A stretch of DNA of 64,000 nucleotides from Acholeplasmataceae bacterium (lineage in GTDB: Bacteria > Bacillota_I > Bacilli_A > Acholeplasmatales > Acholeplasmataceae): contig OY763415.1 of NCBI GenBank assembly GCA_963667565.1, forward strand, positions 1,376,001 through 1,440,000, written 5' to 3'. The position numbers and the translations under genes are program-made. Shown here in pieces: positions 62,553 through 64,000 of this stretch. Under the pieces are notes generated by a model. The model was not told the origin of the DNA. It saw nothing but the letters and a program-made list of their open reading frames with translations, and ran no database searches. Position 1 is the first letter of the stretch; every line of letters starts with the position of its first letter.

Positions 62553-63857
62553 TTATCTAAATATTGATCCGTACTCGTTTTGAGCTGCATCAGTTTCGAT
62601 TTGTTGTGTGGTTTCAATAGCAACCCCAACAATAATCAATAAACTTGTACCACCTAAACGCACCGCACTTGCTTCAGCTGATGTGAAGTTAAATACAAGT
62701 GACGTTATGATTGGTAAAATAGCCAATAAGACTAAGTATGCAGTACCAATAACTGTGATCTTAAATAATAAGCTTGCAATATAATCTTGTGTGTCAATTC
62801 CTGGTCTAACACCTGGGATGTAAGAGTTTGATTTTGACAAGTTGTCTGACATCTTTTGTGGACTAATTTGTAAGAATGCATAAAAGAATGCAAAGATGAC
62901 AATTAAAATCACATATAAGATGAATCCAATAGGTTTACCTGTACTAAAGATATTTGTAAACCAGTTTGAAAGCGAATCTGATGCACTTGTAGCACCAACA
63001 ATTGATAATGGGATACTCATGATTGTTTGAGCAAAGATAACTGGAATAACCCCACCAACATTGAGTTTCATTGGAATGTTTGAATCAGATTTACCTTGAC
63101 GGTTTGCATATTGAATAGGAATCTTACGTTGAGCAATTTGCATATATACGACACCTAATAGGATACCGACATATAGTAAAATGATAACGATAAACCATAC
63201 ATATGACCAACCTGACGTTGAATTAATGATGTATTTAGACCATAAAGTTGTAACCATGACTGGTAAGCTTGATGCAATACCAGCAACAATTAACATAGAT
63301 GATCCATTACCTACACCTTTTTTAGTAATAAGACTTGCAAACCACATTGCAATTGCAGAGCCTGCAGTCATAACTAATGCCATGTATACATAGAAGAAAT
63401 AACGGAAACGATCAACAATGGATGCTTCAAGGCTTGAAGTTAATAAACTACCTCTAGTTGAGATACCTAGAATTAGTGCTAAAGCTTGGATAAACGCCAA
63501 GACAACAGCCATATATCTAGTCACTTTGTTAAGTTTTTGTTTACCTGTTTCACCTTGTTCGCTAAATTCTTTTAATTTAGGTATAACCATTTGTAATAAC
63601 TGAACACCAATGGATGCAGTAATATATGGCGTAATACCTAATGACATGATTGATAAATTTTGAAGTGATCTACCACTAAAGTTGTTCAAAATGGTAAAAT
63701 AATCGTTAGATAAAATACTTTGGATTGTTTGGTCGATTTGAACAAGAGGAACAGTCGTATTCGCTAAGATTCTAACAAATAACAGTATAAGTAATGTAAA
63801 TGCTATACGTAGCATTATGGTTTTGTTACTGAGAACTCTTTTTATACGTGTCCACAC
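62553..63857 (-). CDS. secY: Preprotein translocase subunit SecY
   Basis: SLGITPYITASI, GNGSS, IPGVRPG and GGTSLLI. Confidence 0.97.
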   Translation of the reverse strand: MWTRIKRVLSNKTIMLRIAFTLLILLFVRILANTTVPLVQIDQTIQSILSNDYFTILNNFSGRSLQNLSIMSLGITPYITASIGVQLLQMVIPKLKEFSEQGETGKQKLNKVTRYMAVVLAFIQALALILGISTRGSLLTSSLEASIVDRFRYFFYVYMALVMTAGSAIAMWFASLITKKGVGNGSSMLIVAGIASSLPVMVTTLWSKYIINSTSGWSYVWFIVIILLYVGILLGVVYMQIAQRKIPIQYANRQGKSDSNIPMKLNVGGVIPVIFAQTIMSIPLSIVGATSASDSLSNWFTNIFSTGKPIGFILYVILIVIFAFFYAFLQISPQKMSDNLSKSNSYIPGVRPGIDTQDYIASLLFKITVIGTAYLVLLAILPIITSLVFNFTSAEASAVRLGGTSLLIIVGVAIETTQQIETDAAQNEYGSIFR

Positions 63858-63858
63858 T

Positions 63859-64000
63859 TTAAATCACCTCTACAGTTCCACCAGCTTTAGTAATTGCTTC
63901 TTCAGCAGCTTTTGAAAATAAATTTGCTTTAACAGTTAATTTCTTTTCAAGTTCACCGTTTGCTAGTACTTTAACACCTGATTTTAAATCTTTAACTAAA
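63859..64000 (-). CDS. rplO: 50S ribosomal protein L15, 3' part; start outside window
   Basis: ...[39 protein letters not shown] directly upstream of secY. Confidence 0.93.
   Translation of the reverse strand, partial: LVKDLKSGVKVLANGELEKKLTVKANLFSKAAEEAITKAGGTVEVI

Overview
Low-GC bacterial chromosome segment read in the standard code (TGA is used as a stop). Gene content points to an Acholeplasmatales-type mollicute; this is an inference. Bases 1-4363 form an AT-rich accessory island downstream of a tRNA-Thr(CGT). It holds two tightly spaced minus-strand gene pairs that look defence-related. One pair is a 523-aa HEPN-like protein plus a CoiA-like PD-(D/E)XK nuclease with Zn-binding Cys pairs. 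The other is a Pol-beta-type nucleotidyltransferase plus a DUF262 (ParB/GmrSD-N) protein, which the ORF track missed and the window edge truncates. The rest is mostly core genome: lipid kinase, ABC exporter, pdhABCD, speA-speB, two MscS channels, asnB and metG (each with a T-box), a C-type-lectin/InlB-B-repeat surface protein, a GlpP-controlled glycerol cluster, feoAB, a GGDEF cyclase, a guanine-riboswitch purine permease, the tmk-holB-ricT-rsmI cluster, ECF transporter, trxA/trxB-like, adhE, a nuclease lipoprotein and the rplO-secY-adk-map-infA-rpmJ-rpsM-rpsK-rpoA-rplQ cluster. Best leads: the NTase-DUF262 and HEPN-CoiA cassettes, and an unannotated ~100-nt three-way-junction RNA at 9128-9222. 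No CRISPR array, integrase or IS element was seen. All calls come from reading motifs by eye; no searches were run.
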